Assembly (NCBI RefSeq): GCF_964355755.1
Contig: NC_092673.1
Location: forward strand, 6,510,001 to 6,574,000
Direction: 5' to 3'
Length of the DNA stretch: 64,000 nt
DNA from: Antedon mediterranea
Lineage: Eukaryota; Animalia; Echinodermata
Translations under genes and position numbers: made by a program
In this document: positions 63,561-64,000 of the stretch, piece by piece
Position numbering within the stretch: position 1 is the stretch's first letter
Layout: every line of letters begins with the position of its first letter
Notes under the pieces: model-generated
Databases searched by the model: none
What the model was told of the DNA's origin: nothing
Seen by the model: the letters and a program-made list of their open reading frames with translations, nothing else

Positions 63561-64000
63561 TAATTTTTATCCTCTTTAATATTAATAATAATTTTAATAT
63601 TTTGGCCTATACGTAGTACCCCATGTTTTCTTAATGTATATATTTGTTTTGTCTACTACACTTAAATATATATATATGTTTACATTTACAGAGTTAGTTA
63701 CTTATATAAAAAAAAATCCATGCAAACGCAGCTGGAGCTGAAAGATTTATTTTGCATTATGTGGTGGCGGACACAACTTAAAAACATTTGTAAAAATAAC
63801 GGCCTTTTGATAGATACTTTATCTATCAGGTCTTCCGCAAAATACATAAGACTGGATAACTTTAGATGATCATAACATACTTATTATTAATGTATATTAT
63901 TATATATCGTTTCAAACAATTGATTGAACAAACATTCATTCACAGACCCTATAGGCTGCTATCATAGAACTAAGAAGTTCAACAAGGCCAACAGCCATTA

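Overview
AT-rich, intron-rich animal genomic DNA; it looks invertebrate, but the taxon cannot be fixed from sequence. No prokaryotic features, CRISPR array or rRNA. Three host genes were reconstructed by hand from splice sites. (1) An 11-exon, 449-aa flavin amine-oxidase (MAO-like) gene, + strand 1017-11572, whose catalytic signature residues have all drifted. (2) An endophilin-B (SH3GLB) gene, + strand 16738-45577, with two homologous alternative first coding exons that each encode a different N-terminal H0 amphipathic helix. (3) A GVIN1/URGCP-like very large GTPase with a single coding exon, - strand 51576-56276. The rest is a dense set of transposons: an internally deleted, intron-containing Academ-type element (TAG..CTA ends, TAA TSD); a 6.4-kb Sola-like element carrying a nested Kolobok (KolX remnant) and an IS3EU-like foldback; a self-nested cluster of Harbinger-type MITEs; two 9-bp-TSD elements at GC-rich targets; Helentron-like elements, SINEs, L2 fragments and minisatellites. 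Comparing repeat copies shows recurrent 5-bp CAGTA/CTGTA insertions at TA, the Tc1/mariner excision-footprint pattern. Family assignments come from recalled motifs, not database searches.
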